A stretch of DNA of 64,000 nt from a phage: sequence record PZ172995.1; one strand, 5' to 3'. Position numbers and translations under genes: made by a program. Below are positions 41,540-51,951 of this stretch, one piece after another (position 1 is the stretch's first letter; every line of letters starts with the position of its first letter). The notes under the pieces were generated by a model. That model did no database searches. It saw only the letters and a list, made by a program, of their open reading frames with translations, and was not told the origin of the DNA.

Positions 41540-42085
41540 TCAAAAGTGTCCTTTTACTTGTGGAACATAAATTTCAAAGGTTGCTTTACCATCATCTGAT
41601 GGTTTTGACTGTACCTTTGTAAATACACGACCATCATACAACTTCTCGAAGAAGTTTTCAAAAGGTAAATGCACAGTGACCTCTTCAGTAACCTTATGGA
41701 AAACTGTATGGAACACTACATCAGCATACGGTAAAGCATTGATAAGGACACCTGCACCACCAATTACAAAGACATCTTCATCAATAGAGCTATCAAGATA
41801 CTTCAAAAATGCTCCAAACGACTCTTTACTGGCTTTAGCATACATTACCTCATCTTTGCCAAAGTCTATGCCTAAGTATGGTACAGAGTTTGTTAAGATG
41901 AGGTTTGCACGTTCTGGTAAAGGTTTACTACCCAGAGTCTTAAAAGTCTCATTCCCCATCACTACTAAGTTATTTTTAGTGAGTCTCTTAAACTCTTGCA
42001 TGTCCTGTTTATGTCGAGGCCACGGCATACCAGTTGGAGTACCAAACTCACCATTTTCACCACTTGCAAAGATTAGTTTAATCAT
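41540..42085 (-). CDS. folA: dihydrofolate reductase
   Basis: GMPWP and VVMGNETF motifs; 181 aa. Confidence 0.85.
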   Translation of the reverse strand: MIKLIFASGENGEFGTPTGMPWPRHKQDMQEFKRLTKNNLVVMGNETFKTLGSKPLPERANLILTNSVPYLGIDFGKDEVMYAKASKESFGAFLKYLDSSIDEDVFVIGGAGVLINALPYADVVFHTVFHKVTEEVTVHLPFENFFEKLYDGRVFTKVQSKPSDDGKATFEIYVPQVKGHF

Positions 42086-42342
42086 TTTATAAATCCTTTC
42101 TTAATGAACCAGTTGATAACATTCTTCACAGCTTTATTGCTATGGTAGATTAAGTGTGGTGTAGGCTGGTATGAACCATAGGCCCAGAATGATAGATGCT
42201 CACCACAACCAACACATGTAGTACTTTCTTCAGCTATATGACCATTAACAATCACATGAACTTCACCTTGCAAGTCTGTACACCCACAATGTGGGCAACG
42301 GATAGGTGTTCCATCAGACTCATAGCAGTGTTCAATTTTCAT
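42082..42342 (-). CDS. hypothetical zinc-ribbon protein
   Basis: CPHCGC ... CVGCGEH cysteine pairs. Confidence 0.5.
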   Translation of the reverse strand: MKIEHCYESDGTPIRCPHCGCTDLQGEVHVIVNGHIAEESTTCVGCGEHLSFWAYGSYQPTPHLIYHSNKAVKNVINWFIKKGFIK

Positions 42343-42858
42343 TTATTTAACCTCAAAAACTGGTTCAAGAACCAATATAAAGTCTACACAGTCATCTTCT
42401 TCATCCAGAATACCATCAAAGTTCTTAGGAACGAAGTCGAATAGACTCATAACAAAACAGTCAGAAGTAACCCTAATAGTGCCTCCCATATTCTCTACAG
42501 TCAACACTGTACGACTTTCTTTTACCTCTCGCAGAAGATTGCTCACAAAGTCATCTAAGAAGTACTTCATCAGTGACTTAAAACCTTTAGGGTAATCTGT
42601 ACCAGAGTATGTTTCAATCTGGGGCGCAAGCTTAACATTTATACTAGTCTTTGCTAAGAACGTGCTAGAGAACATACTATCAGGTAACTTACAAACAGTC
42701 TTTCCAGTACCTTCATGTTCAATCTCAACAAAACCAGCTTCGTCGCCACATGTGACTATTTTAAAAGATGCTTCATTATCATGCTGTGAAGCCATAAACT
42801 TTTTAAGCATCACTTTAAGGAAGTCTGCATGAGCATCTTGTAAGTAGATATCAATCAT
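42343..42858 (-). CDS. hypothetical protein
   Basis: ORF in operon. Confidence 0.55.
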   Translation of the reverse strand: MIDIYLQDAHADFLKVMLKKFMASQHDNEASFKIVTCGDEAGFVEIEHEGTGKTVCKLPDSMFSSTFLAKTSINVKLAPQIETYSGTDYPKGFKSLMKYFLDDFVSNLLREVKESRTVLTVENMGGTIRVTSDCFVMSLFDFVPKNFDGILDEEDDCVDFILVLEPVFEVK

Positions 42859-42871
42859 AGTTAATCACCTA

Positions 42872-43231
42872 TTATGGGAACAGACACTTGATGTCATCAT
42901 TTTTGAAAACGAAACTTGTGTAGTTGTGACCATCAACATCCAGCCAAACAGCCTGAACATCGACACCATCAAGATTGTGGTAAAGCTCTTTGATGAAGTG
43001 GTCTTTCACAATCTGGCTGCTAGTGGTTTCCAGCTTAATGTTTGAGATTGCTGAACCTACAGCCATATAACCCATTACACGTTTCTTCTCAGTATGCTTA
43101 ATCTTACCATCTTTGTAAGCCATAATGAGATTGGAAAGAATCTTCACACCATAATACTTTTCAAGGTGAGTAGGTACACCATAAAAGCCTAATGCGAAGT
43201 TTTCAGAGTGGATAATGTTTTCACGTTTCAT
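42872..43231 (-). CDS. hypothetical protein
   Basis: ORF in operon. Confidence 0.55.
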   Translation of the reverse strand: MKRENIIHSENFALGFYGVPTHLEKYYGVKILSNLIMAYKDGKIKHTEKKRVMGYMAVGSAISNIKLETTSSQIVKDHFIKELYHNLDGVDVQAVWLDVDGHNYTSFVFKNDDIKCLFP

Positions 43232-43232
43232 A

Positions 43233-43562
43233 TTAATCTGCCAACCTTAAGTTAAAATTAACACCAAATTTTTCGCATACTTCCAACATAAACTCAAGCG
43301 AGACATTACCAGTGAGATTGATTATGTTGGATACACGAGCCTGAGAGATACCACAAATTTTAGCAACTTGCTCTTGAGAAAGACCTCTGGATTTAATCTC
43401 TCTCTTAAAACGATGTGCAACGAAATCTCTCATTTCGTCTACATCCATTGGACAAATATAACTCTCCATTTCAGCTTCTCTGTCAGCCTCCCAATCATCT
43501 TGTGGAGCATAAGGGTCAAAAACCTCATTCATCTTTCTTCTTCCGTTTGCGTGAAGTGTCAA
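43233..43562 (-). CDS. helix-turn-helix DNA-binding protein
   Basis: LSQEQVAKICGISQARVSNIINL HTH-like segment; start may lie at a downstream ATG. Confidence 0.6.
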   Translation of the reverse strand: MTLHANGRRKMNEVFDPYAPQDDWEADREAEMESYICPMDVDEMRDFVAHRFKREIKSRGLSQEQVAKICGISQARVSNIINLTGNVSLEFMLEVCEKFGVNFNLRLAD

Positions 43563-43737
43563 TCAATGAATCTATGCTTGTAGCCCTAACCTTTTCACGT
43601 TCATCGTTAAGATAATCATCAAGAGCCTTTTCAATCTGTGAATCATCTTGACAGATAACTGTAAAGACTGTAAAGCCATCTGTATCATCAATTATCTTAC
43701 CATAACCGCTTCTTGGATGTAACTTTTTAAGAGCCAT
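43525..43737 (-). CDS. hypothetical protein
   Basis: ORF; overlaps downstream gene by about 38 nt. Confidence 0.45.
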   Translation of the reverse strand: MALKKLHPRSGYGKIIDDTDGFTVFTVICQDDSQIEKALDDYLNDEREKVRATSIDSLIDTSRKRKKKDE

Positions 43738-43738
43738 A

Positions 43739-44122
43739 TCAAATACCTGTGCAGCTTCTGTTTTCTAAGAAATACTCAACACCATACATAGCTTTTTGCA
43801 TCAAATCTTCTTTAAACTGAATACGATGATTGAGCATAGCCTGTACATCAATATCATCATGGTGCTTCTCTTTAATATTTGCAGATTGCAGGAAATACTC
43901 TGCAAGAACACGATACTGATAGTCAGTTACCTTGTCAGTCATCTCTGTTAAAGACTCTTCAGAGATTGGTTTAAGTAACTCACCATTAGCCAGAGCAACA
44001 CCTTTAACAATCTGGCAAGTGTCTTCTGGAACACCTGATAAGTCCACGTTTGGGAGTTCTGTTGCATTGACTGGTAAATTCATTGCCATAACCATTGCAG
44101 CAGCTAATAAAATCTTTTTCAT
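43739..44122 (-). CDS. secreted or periplasmic protein (signal peptide)
   Basis: MKKILLAAAMVMAMNLPVNA N-terminus in translation. Confidence 0.6.
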   Translation of the reverse strand: MKKILLAAAMVMAMNLPVNATELPNVDLSGVPEDTCQIVKGVALANGELLKPISEESLTEMTDKVTDYQYRVLAEYFLQSANIKEKHHDDIDVQAMLNHRIQFKEDLMQKAMYGVEYFLENRSCTGI

Positions 44123-44301
44123 AATGACCTCAAAGTTATATTAAATTTTGTATTACATTGAGTATAAAAATAAGCTATAACACCTGACTTGTCAACAGAT
44201 TTTATAGCTTATTTGGCAGATTTTTTATAAGGCTACTGCCATCCTTCCATACATTACCTAACCAAGCCGAACATCACACAACCAGACCGAGCCGCACCCC
44301 G

Positions 44302-44385
44302 CCTTATTAAAAGACCCTGTTTAAAGACCTTTTAAAAAGGTAAGTCTCATTTTAATGTAGCTGAGACTAACTACCCATACCTCAC
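44302..44385. repeat. about 83-bp intergenic repeat, copy A, with internal hairpin AGTCTCA ... TGAGACT
   Basis: Near-identical to 45696-45779; partial third copy at 44440-44477; flanked by C/A-rich tracts. Confidence 0.7.
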
Positions 44386-44476
44386 CTTACCACGCCGAAC
44401 AGTACCGGACTATACCAGACCATGCCGAACATTGCCGAGCCTTATTAAAAGACCCTCTTAAAGACCTTTTAAAAAG

Positions 44477-44494
44477 GAGCCTCCGAAGAGGCTA
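44477..44494 (-). terminator. putative terminator hairpin downstream of 44505..44945
   Basis: AGCCTC-TTCG-GAGGCT followed by CCTTTTT on the minus strand. Confidence 0.5.
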
Positions 44495-44504
44495 CCTAGT
44501 CAAC

Positions 44505-44945
44505 TTAGAAAGGTTTTCTACGTTGCTTGTTAATGTTAGCTTTCATAGCAGCTAAATGGTTTTGCTGTTCAATCAGTCGTGAACGTTCTTGATGACTAAG
44601 TGCCATAGTGTTCACATTCTCAATTGCTTGAGTGGCTTGCTTTAAAGCACGACCAATCTTACCAGACATTTTACGTTTTGCAATAGTTGCTTGATGTTTA
44701 GGTTCAACCACACGATAACCAACACCCATTGAAGCAACCAGATAAATCTTCTCTTCTTTAAGAAGCTTCTCAATAAACTTCTCAAGTCGGTTTAGACGTG
44801 TAAGTGCATAAGCCTTCATTTCATCTTCGTACTTAACAATGTCACCTTGATAAGTTGGCTTCGCAATACCTAAGAAGGTATCCATCTCAGAATGTGATAC
44901 AGTGTCACCGTAACTAAACTTTGCTGCTAATGCTTTTGTATTCAT
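44505..44945 (-). CDS. hypothetical protein
   Basis: ORF with ATG. Confidence 0.55.
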   Translation of the reverse strand: MNTKALAAKFSYGDTVSHSEMDTFLGIAKPTYQGDIVKYEDEMKAYALTRLNRLEKFIEKLLKEEKIYLVASMGVGYRVVEPKHQATIAKRKMSGKIGRALKQATQAIENVNTMALSHQERSRLIEQQNHLAAMKANINKQRRKPF

Positions 44946-44947
44946 AA

Positions 44948-45553
<606 letters not shown>

Positions 45554-45695
45554 TTAGTTGATTGTTAAGTTGTTTGTAAAGAACCCTCAACAGAAGACTC
45601 TTTAGAAACTTGGTAGATTTTTAACGTGGCTACTACCATCCACCCTTACCGCGACACACCGAACCAGACCTTACACCACCTTACACCACCCCACC

Positions 45696-45779
45696 TCATT
45701 AAAAGACCCTCTTAAAAGGCCTTTTAAAAAGGTAAGTCTCATTTTAATGTAGCTGAGACTAACTACCCATACCTCACAT
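45696..45779. repeat. about 83-bp intergenic repeat, copy B
   Basis: See copy A; flanked by C/A-rich tracts with repeated TTACACCACC. Confidence 0.7.
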
Positions 45780-45945
45780 CACCGCACCATACTACACCTG
45801 ACACCACCTTACACCACCGCACCATACCTGACCGAGCTACACATCACTTAAAAACCCTCTTAGAAAGACTCTTAAGTGATGCTGGTGAGTACCTGTTGGT
45901 TTATGCTGCTCAGTATACTCACCAAATTTTCTATGTCAACAACTT

Positions 45946-47046
45946 TTATTCATAATCTCGTATAACGAGACCAACAGGGAACTGTAAAGACCCCTTACGA
46001 GTCATCTTCTGGAACTGAACAGTTAAAGGTTTCCCGATAAACTCTTCAGGATGTTCAGCAAGATACTGTTTCTTCTCGTGTGTAGTTTTCCATGAGACAT
46101 CTACAAAGACGTTAGGAAGAGTCTCTACAACGAACTTGCCATGACCACGCTTATCAGTCTTTACACCAGTCACTTTAAACTCTTCAGTGTGCATCTTCTT
46201 GTGCTTAATCAAGAAGTATGAACGGTGACAACACTCATAGAAGGAGTCTTCAGAGATTGAACGGTACATTGCACCTTCAAACTTAGCTTCAACCCACTTA
46301 TCATGAGCTTCATCAAACTCTTCCCAAGAATTTACACGACGAGACTTAACAGGAACAACTTTACAGCCATCTCTAAAGTCATTCAATGGTGAAGTCTCAA
46401 TAATATCTCTACGCTCAGGCCACGTCTTAGTGCTGTCACAGATATCGTACCAGTAGAACTGGAGTAGATGTCGGTCTGGATTGTCAGCATTCTTAATCAT
46501 AGACACAATATCTTCTAAGTCCCAACCGTGAGCATAAATCTCACCATCAAAGTCTTCTACTTGTGGATGCAATTTAAGCAACAAAAGCAAATCTGGGATT
46601 AGTTCTTCTGGGACGTTGTAAATAGTATTCTCACGAGAATAAGCCGTGAAGCTAACTAAATCAGCATCTCTTGAAATCCTACAACGGACACCATCAAGTT
46701 TCGGTTGAGCATCAGCAGGGAACTTCAGATACTTTGCATGGCTAACCTTTGCAGCATCATGAGCAAGCTGTACACCTACCTTCTCAGTATTCTGTGCAGA
46801 CTCTTTTGTGTAAGCATAACCTTTGCGGTCAACCTGCTTTTTATACTTTGCAGCAACTTCAAAGAGAGCTTGCTGTTCAGCGTTACGCTCATTCTTTTTA
46901 CCGATGTTTTTAGGTTCTGCTGTATACTCTTCAAACATCATCTTGCCATTTTCTTTACCGTAGGTTGTAATAACTTTGTCACCTACAGCAACGCATGACC
47001 AGACGTTGAAAGAGCCATCTTTATTTTGTTTGTACAGTATTGTCAT
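45946..47046 (-). CDS. ATP-dependent DNA ligase
   Basis: KLDGVRC adenylation motif I; ATG at 47046 with AGAGG RBS (track start is upstream non-ATG). Confidence 0.8.
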   Translation of the reverse strand: MTILYKQNKDGSFNVWSCVAVGDKVITTYGKENGKMMFEEYTAEPKNIGKKNERNAEQQALFEVAAKYKKQVDRKGYAYTKESAQNTEKVGVQLAHDAAKVSHAKYLKFPADAQPKLDGVRCRISRDADLVSFTAYSRENTIYNVPEELIPDLLLLLKLHPQVEDFDGEIYAHGWDLEDIVSMIKNADNPDRHLLQFYWYDICDSTKTWPERRDIIETSPLNDFRDGCKVVPVKSRRVNSWEEFDEAHDKWVEAKFEGAMYRSISEDSFYECCHRSYFLIKHKKMHTEEFKVTGVKTDKRGHGKFVVETLPNVFVDVSWKTTHEKKQYLAEHPEEFIGKPLTVQFQKMTRKGSLQFPVGLVIRDYE

Positions 47047-47239
47047 TTTTAACCTCTGAGTGATACCAAGTGTAACAAGCATTACATGCGTAAAGCTCTA
47101 AGTCATTTTTATCTGGTTTATGGAAACAGTTTGACCCACAACGACACCGAAATAGTTTACCATCAACACGAAGAATGAATGTTTCAAGCTCACCATCTTC
47201 TGTAAGAACTGCGTTCTTAAATTTATCTGCTACAGTCAT
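47021..47239 (-). CDS. hypothetical zinc-ribbon protein
   Basis: CRCGSNC ... CNACYTW motifs. Confidence 0.5.
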   Translation of the reverse strand: MTVADKFKNAVLTEDGELETFILRVDGKLFRCRCGSNCFHKPDKNDLELYACNACYTWYHSEVKNDNTVQTK

Positions 47240-47442
47240 TTTCTCTTACCGCCAATCTCTACGTCGATAACTTGAACATCACCAGCAACATCAAACTTAT
47301 GGATGATGCTTTCCACAGTGTAAGTCCAACCCCCAATGCGAACCAACTCACCTTCTCGTGGGACGATTGGATTACGTTGAGCTACGGTTGTAGTGGAGTG
47401 AACAACATCATAACAGTAGATATAGTTTACTAGGACTTCCAT
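47236..47442 (-). CDS. hypothetical protein
   Basis: ATG at 47442 with GAGTGAGG RBS; track start 47541 would overlap the upstream gene. Confidence 0.45.
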   Translation of the reverse strand: MEVLVNYIYCYDVVHSTTTVAQRNPIVPREGELVRIGGWTYTVESIIHKFDVAGDVQVIDVEIGGKRK

Positions 47443-47452
47443 CGTAAAAACC

Positions 47453-47689
47453 TCACTCAATAACCGTGGTATGTGATTGACTATTTTTACCATATCTATA
47501 AGATGTTGTTGTTTGAGAGTTTGGACATCTGACAACAACAATATCTGTGCTTATTGCATCACCATTTAACTTATAGACTTTGCAATCTTGCATCTCTGGC
47601 GGGAGACTATAAGAAGCATTCTTGTCCTCGTAAGAGGGGTTACAGCCAGATAGAAAGATAATACTAAGCACAATTACTGCTTTCCACAT
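47453..47689 (-). CDS. lipoprotein (signal peptide with lipobox LSGC)
   Basis: MWKAVIVLSIIFLSGC N-terminus; ATG at 47689 with AGGAGA RBS. Confidence 0.65.
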   Translation of the reverse strand: MWKAVIVLSIIFLSGCNPSYEDKNASYSLPPEMQDCKVYKLNGDAISTDIVVVRCPNSQTTTSYRYGKNSQSHTTVIE

Positions 47690-47702
47690 AATACTTCTCC
47701 TA

Positions 47703-47858
47703 TTACTGTTCACGATGTTCTACTTCTCTGTACGTTCGTCGATAGTTTATAATAAGCTGTGCTAATTCGTTGCTTTTAACATCTGAACGTAGCAGTTGCC
47801 AATCAAAACCTTTACCGACCCTTCCATATAAACTAAAGAGTTTTACTTTGCGTTTCAT
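47703..47858 (-). CDS. hypothetical small basic protein (51 aa; not in ORF track)
   Basis: Hand translation MKRKVKLFSLYGRVGKGF...; GGAGA RBS. Confidence 0.4.
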   Translation of the reverse strand: MKRKVKLFSLYGRVGKGFDWQLLRSDVKSNELAQLIINYRRTYREVEHREQ

Positions 47859-47875
47859 TTTGGTATCTCCAATAC

Positions 47876-48088
47876 TCAGATGTCAATGCTAATACGTTCA
47901 CCCTTAAGGACTCCTGTACGGTCCCTTGCAATCTTACCGTCAACAATAAGGATATGCGCAGACTTTAAAGATTCACTATTAAAACCTTTTACGAACTTAC
48001 TAGGCATCACTACAATAAGCATCTCCTGAATCAACTCTGGAGTATAGCAATTGTCGTGAAGTTGCTGAATAACGTCTGAAAGTGTCAT
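47876..48088 (-). CDS. small protein, paralog A of a duplicated pair
   Basis: DGKIARDRTGVLKGERISID aligns with GGKIAKDKTGYLKGERVNIE of 48291..48509; ATGA coupling to the gene between. Confidence 0.6.
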   Translation of the reverse strand: MTLSDVIQQLHDNCYTPELIQEMLIVVMPSKFVKGFNSESLKSAHILIVDGKIARDRTGVLKGERISIDI

Positions 48089-48294
48089 TTTTGATGTCTC
48101 CAATACTCAATATCAATAAGTTCTTGTGCAATGCTTTTCAGATTACCTTTCAAGAAAACCTTCTCAGAACCTGAAAGAGATGAATTGTCAATTAACCTGT
48201 TCATTCTCTCAAACAACTTCTGCTTACGGTTCTTGATAGTTTCCTTTGAAGCATCTTTCATCATTGCTGCATGGGTTCTTCCACGGTGGCTCAT
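48085..48294 (-). CDS. small basic helical protein between the paralog pair
   Basis: ORF with ATG; ATGA overlaps at both ends. Confidence 0.55.
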   Translation of the reverse strand: MSHRGRTHAAMMKDASKETIKNRKQKLFERMNRLIDNSSLSGSEKVFLKGNLKSIAQELIDIEYWRHQK

Positions 48295-48509
48295 AGTAAA
48301 CTCTCAATATTTACACGCTCACCTTTTAAGTAGCCTGTCTTATCTTTTGCGATTTTACCTCCAGCAATAAAGATATCTACTCTACGTAGAACTTCAGGGT
48401 TTACCTTCAAATTCCTACAGCTACTGCAAAGAACAATAAACATCCCTTCAATCTCTTTTTGAGAATAACCTGCACATTGCAACTGAACTTCAATCTCTGA
48501 AAGTGTCAT
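48291..48509 (-). CDS. small protein, paralog B of a duplicated pair
   Basis: See paralog A. Confidence 0.6.
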   Translation of the reverse strand: MTLSEIEVQLQCAGYSQKEIEGMFIVLCSSCRNLKVNPEVLRRVDIFIAGGKIAKDKTGYLKGERVNIESLL

Positions 48510-48570
48510 GTGACCTCCTATACAAGATATAGTATAAGGTACTCTTCCATGAGCACCTTGTCAATACTAA

Positions 48571-51270
48571 TTAGTGTACTTCAAGCCAGCTTTTACCAAC
48601 CTTACCAGTACCTGTAACAAGTGTTTCTTTCTTAAGACCTAAGTTTTTAGAAGCTTGTCCATAATACCAGTCAGTAACTGCTTTCACATCTGCCGTCATA
48701 CTTTCTGGACATTCCCAGCTTGTTTCATCGTGATATGCGCAGAGCAAACGAGCACCAATAGCTGGTTGACGACCATTCAACTTCATCAAGCCTTCGTCAA
48801 TCATACGGCGACAAGCAAGGTTAATTGCCTCATTTTGAATCTGAGCCTCCGAACCCATTAGCAAATAATTCAATAACTTATGTGGAGATTTACACCACAA
48901 CCAAGCTCCAGCAACCTTTACAAAACCTCCTTTAGAGATTGCAGCAGTCTTACCAAACACCTCTTCAAGTGCCTTTTTAGTCGCTTTGTAGTCAGCTTCC
49001 AAGTCATCTAGCAGCTTCTTAATTTTAGGCAAACGAATAAAGTAAGTCTGTTTAGTCAGTGCACCTTCCTGAGTAGTTGCAGCTTTAATCGTCTTAGCAA
49101 ACTTCTCATCACCTGCACCGAACAGCAGTGCATAGATACCATTCTTAGCTTTCTTACGACCCTTACTAATCTCATGAAGGAGATTCTCATCTTGAGTAGC
49201 TCGGCAAGTCAAGATATCCTGCTCATCATTCAAGCTAAAGTAAATACTGTTCAGTGTGTGTGCATCAGTCCCTGAATAGACAACGTAAAGGTCATTCTCA
49301 GAGTCATAGCGAAGGTACTTATCAATCTCTGGATTGAGGTACTCATCAAAATGTTTGCAGTAATAGCGTCCATCTTCTTGACGAATAAACTCAATTTCTT
49401 CTTTACCTTGCGTTACCGCTTTGGTGAAGTCTTTGTCACCCATAAAGTTACAAAGAAGAACTAGCTGGGCTGAGTTCATGTCTACAGAGACAACGTTAGT
49501 ACCTTCTTCACAAATCCACACTGCCCTCATTGGTTCCCCATAGACAGCAGCACCAGACGGTACGTTTACAATACCATACTGTGTCATACGTCCAGTTGAA
49601 GTACCAAATACCATTGCACCAGCACTAAGGCGACCATCTGGACGAATCTGGTTCAACCAACCTTTTTCATCATCCTTTGAGTTCTCAATAGTTCTGCGTC
49701 GGTGCATCAAAGTATAGTACTTAGCAATCTTCTGTCCAAGCTCACCTTCAATCGTATCATAAGATGATTCAGTAAGTTTTGGTGAAGTACGGATTAAGCA
49801 AGGCTCAAGCAAATCTGTGTACTTCTTCACAGACCAGTTATGCTCAATGTATTGGACACCTTCATGTTCAACATAACTCAAACCACACCGTTCAACCATC
49901 TCCTGCCACTTAGGATGCTTGGTAATCATCTTTTTGTTGTCTTTGAAACGACAAACCTTAACAGGACGACCATCTGAGTCTTTCTTGTAGTTCCAGTCAT
50001 CTGGAATCCAACCAACTGATTTCAAGTAGTCTTTAACAACTGCTACCTGAGTCATACGAGAAACTTCGAACTCAATTGGTGTATATGGTGCATCAATCAA
50101 ACCTGTGTAGCGACTTGACTCAAGTTCAAAGTGGTTAACAACATGACTGTTATAGTACTTCACAGTCTTAACTGTTTTTACTGGCTTCCAGTCTTTGCAC
50201 TTCTTACCAATCTTTGCATTCAACTCATTGCAAATTGCACGAGCATCCTTCATTGCTACAAAACCTTCCTTGTACTCTTCACCAGTTACAGAGTTGGTTG
50301 GGGTATAGCAATTCCGCTTTTCAATGTTAAAAATCTTGGTAGTTGGTTTACCAAATGGCTTGATTTCATATGTCTGCATCTCACCGTTACGTACCTGTTG
50401 ACGATACTTTGTCTTAGGGTACTTGGTAATTCTTTTCAGTCCATCTGCATGACCAAACGCTTCAACATACTCATTCCAAGCTTTTGCAAACTCTTCTCCA
50501 GTAACTTTACCTTTGGTTTTAATAGTTGGAGGAAGATGTGGTTCAACTTCTGAAGCAAGCTCATTAGTCAACTTATCAAGTTCCTTTACATGGAACTCCA
50601 TAAGCTCTTTATCAGCTTTCCAACCATTGATAGCCTGTTGACTCATCCAGAAAGATGTTTCTTTAGCTCGCATGTAGGTTTCATAAGTATCTACGCCACA
50701 CTTCTTCAGCTTGAGATATTCATTATCCAGTGCACGTTTAGTTTTGGCGTTAATACGGATATCCTCTACGACACGAGTGAAGATTTCTGCATTCCACACA
50801 CCCCAATGTTCAATCTCTGGTTTACGTACACCAACACGAGCACCCCATGCTGCCAAGCCATGAGCACCTTTATAGCCCTTTGGAGTTGGTCTATCCATCC
50901 ACTGAACACGAGACTGGATAAGAGAATCCTGAAAGAAATTACTCCACGGCTTACACTTTGGATTATCAAAGTTCCATAAATCAGGTGCAATGTGATTGAA
51001 AACCCACCAGTCATAACCCAAACCATTATGGATGCAAAGTCGTTTTGCCTTTAACGCAAACTCAATACCTTCACGCAAACCACCCTTGATGTACTTGGTG
51101 TATTTGTGACCGAGGATAGGCTCATCTGTAAAGACCCATACAGGTGGCTCTTCATCGTCAGATTTATAGTCTGCGAAAGCCATTACGTGCACTTTAGTGA
51201 ACTCAAGGAGTAAACCATCAGTTTCTGTATCACCAACTAAATGTAAGTTTTTAAAATCTACGTTTTCCAT
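48571..51270 (-). CDS. DNA polymerase, family A, with 3'-5' exonuclease domain
   Basis: N-terminal DTETDG exo motif; pol motifs DMNSAQLVLL, KNGIYALLFGAG and YHDE; ATG at 51270 with GAGGGAG RBS. Confidence 0.9.
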   Translation of the reverse strand: MENVDFKNLHLVGDTETDGLLLEFTKVHVMAFADYKSDDEEPPVWVFTDEPILGHKYTKYIKGGLREGIEFALKAKRLCIHNGLGYDWWVFNHIAPDLWNFDNPKCKPWSNFFQDSLIQSRVQWMDRPTPKGYKGAHGLAAWGARVGVRKPEIEHWGVWNAEIFTRVVEDIRINAKTKRALDNEYLKLKKCGVDTYETYMRAKETSFWMSQQAINGWKADKELMEFHVKELDKLTNELASEVEPHLPPTIKTKGKVTGEEFAKAWNEYVEAFGHADGLKRITKYPKTKYRQQVRNGEMQTYEIKPFGKPTTKIFNIEKRNCYTPTNSVTGEEYKEGFVAMKDARAICNELNAKIGKKCKDWKPVKTVKTVKYYNSHVVNHFELESSRYTGLIDAPYTPIEFEVSRMTQVAVVKDYLKSVGWIPDDWNYKKDSDGRPVKVCRFKDNKKMITKHPKWQEMVERCGLSYVEHEGVQYIEHNWSVKKYTDLLEPCLIRTSPKLTESSYDTIEGELGQKIAKYYTLMHRRRTIENSKDDEKGWLNQIRPDGRLSAGAMVFGTSTGRMTQYGIVNVPSGAAVYGEPMRAVWICEEGTNVVSVDMNSAQLVLLCNFMGDKDFTKAVTQGKEEIEFIRQEDGRYYCKHFDEYLNPEIDKYLRYDSENDLYVVYSGTDAHTLNSIYFSLNDEQDILTCRATQDENLLHEISKGRKKAKNGIYALLFGAGDEKFAKTIKAATTQEGALTKQTYFIRLPKIKKLLDDLEADYKATKKALEEVFGKTAAISKGGFVKVAGAWLWCKSPHKLLNYLLMGSEAQIQNEAINLACRRMIDEGLMKLNGRQPAIGARLLCAYHDETSWECPESMTADVKAVTDWYYGQASKNLGLKKETLVTGTGKVGKSWLEVH

Positions 51271-51325
51271 TTTTACTCCCTCTAAAATCATTAACCTCAT
51301 ACATTACTGCAAAAAATTATAAAAA

Positions 51326-51353
51326 GCAAGTTGACAATGTACTTGACAAGGTG
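51326..51353 (+). promoter_or_regulatory. second copy of the conserved tandem-TTGACAA 24-nt element
   Basis: GTTGACAATGTACTTGACAAGGTGT; one mismatch to the copy at 9193-9220. Confidence 0.55.
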
Positions 51354-51527
51354 TTAATCTTTGCGAAGTGGGTTTTTACTTAAAAGGTTACTTAACAGTT
51401 TAACTATACAGATACTTTAAAACTCTTAAAAGATTATTTAATAGCTTTTAAAAAGCTTTAAAGTATAACGTATAGAATACGTTAAGATAAAAGATTAAAA
51501 CTTAATAGTTACTTAAAAGAGGCTTAC

Positions 51528-51950
51528 ATGCAGAAAATGTTTGTTCACCCAGACATAGCTGACTTTGTTAGAGCTTTGCAGAAGTTGGAAGAACTTGACA
51601 TTGCTGCTCAACGGGAATATGCTCACCATCACAGGAGAATGGTTGATATACAACATGAAATAGAGTTGTCTGAAAACTATGAAGATGACTTAAAATGCTC
51701 TGTGTTTGAGCATATGAAAGATGTTGCTACAGCGAGACGTAAAGCTAAAGACACAGTTGCTTTACTAGATTCTCTTAAAAAGAGGTTGCAAAGTGGTACA
51801 GACCTGTGTAATCTAGCGTCACTGATTAATGATGTTGAAACTTCTTGGGATAGACATTACTATCCACGTTCTGAAAAGACACTTGACTTTTCTTCATCAG
51901 AAAACTTAAAATGTTCTAGAAAGAAACTTAACCAACTGAGAGAGAAATAA
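51528..51950 (+). CDS. hypothetical protein
   Basis: ORF with AAGAGG RBS; first gene of rightward replication block. Confidence 0.6.
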   Translation: MQKMFVHPDIADFVRALQKLEELDIAAQREYAHHHRRMVDIQHEIELSENYEDDLKCSVFEHMKDVATARRKAKDTVALLDSLKKRLQSGTDLCNLASLINDVETSWDRHYYPRSEKTLDFSSSENLKCSRKKLNQLREK

Positions 51951-51951
51951 T

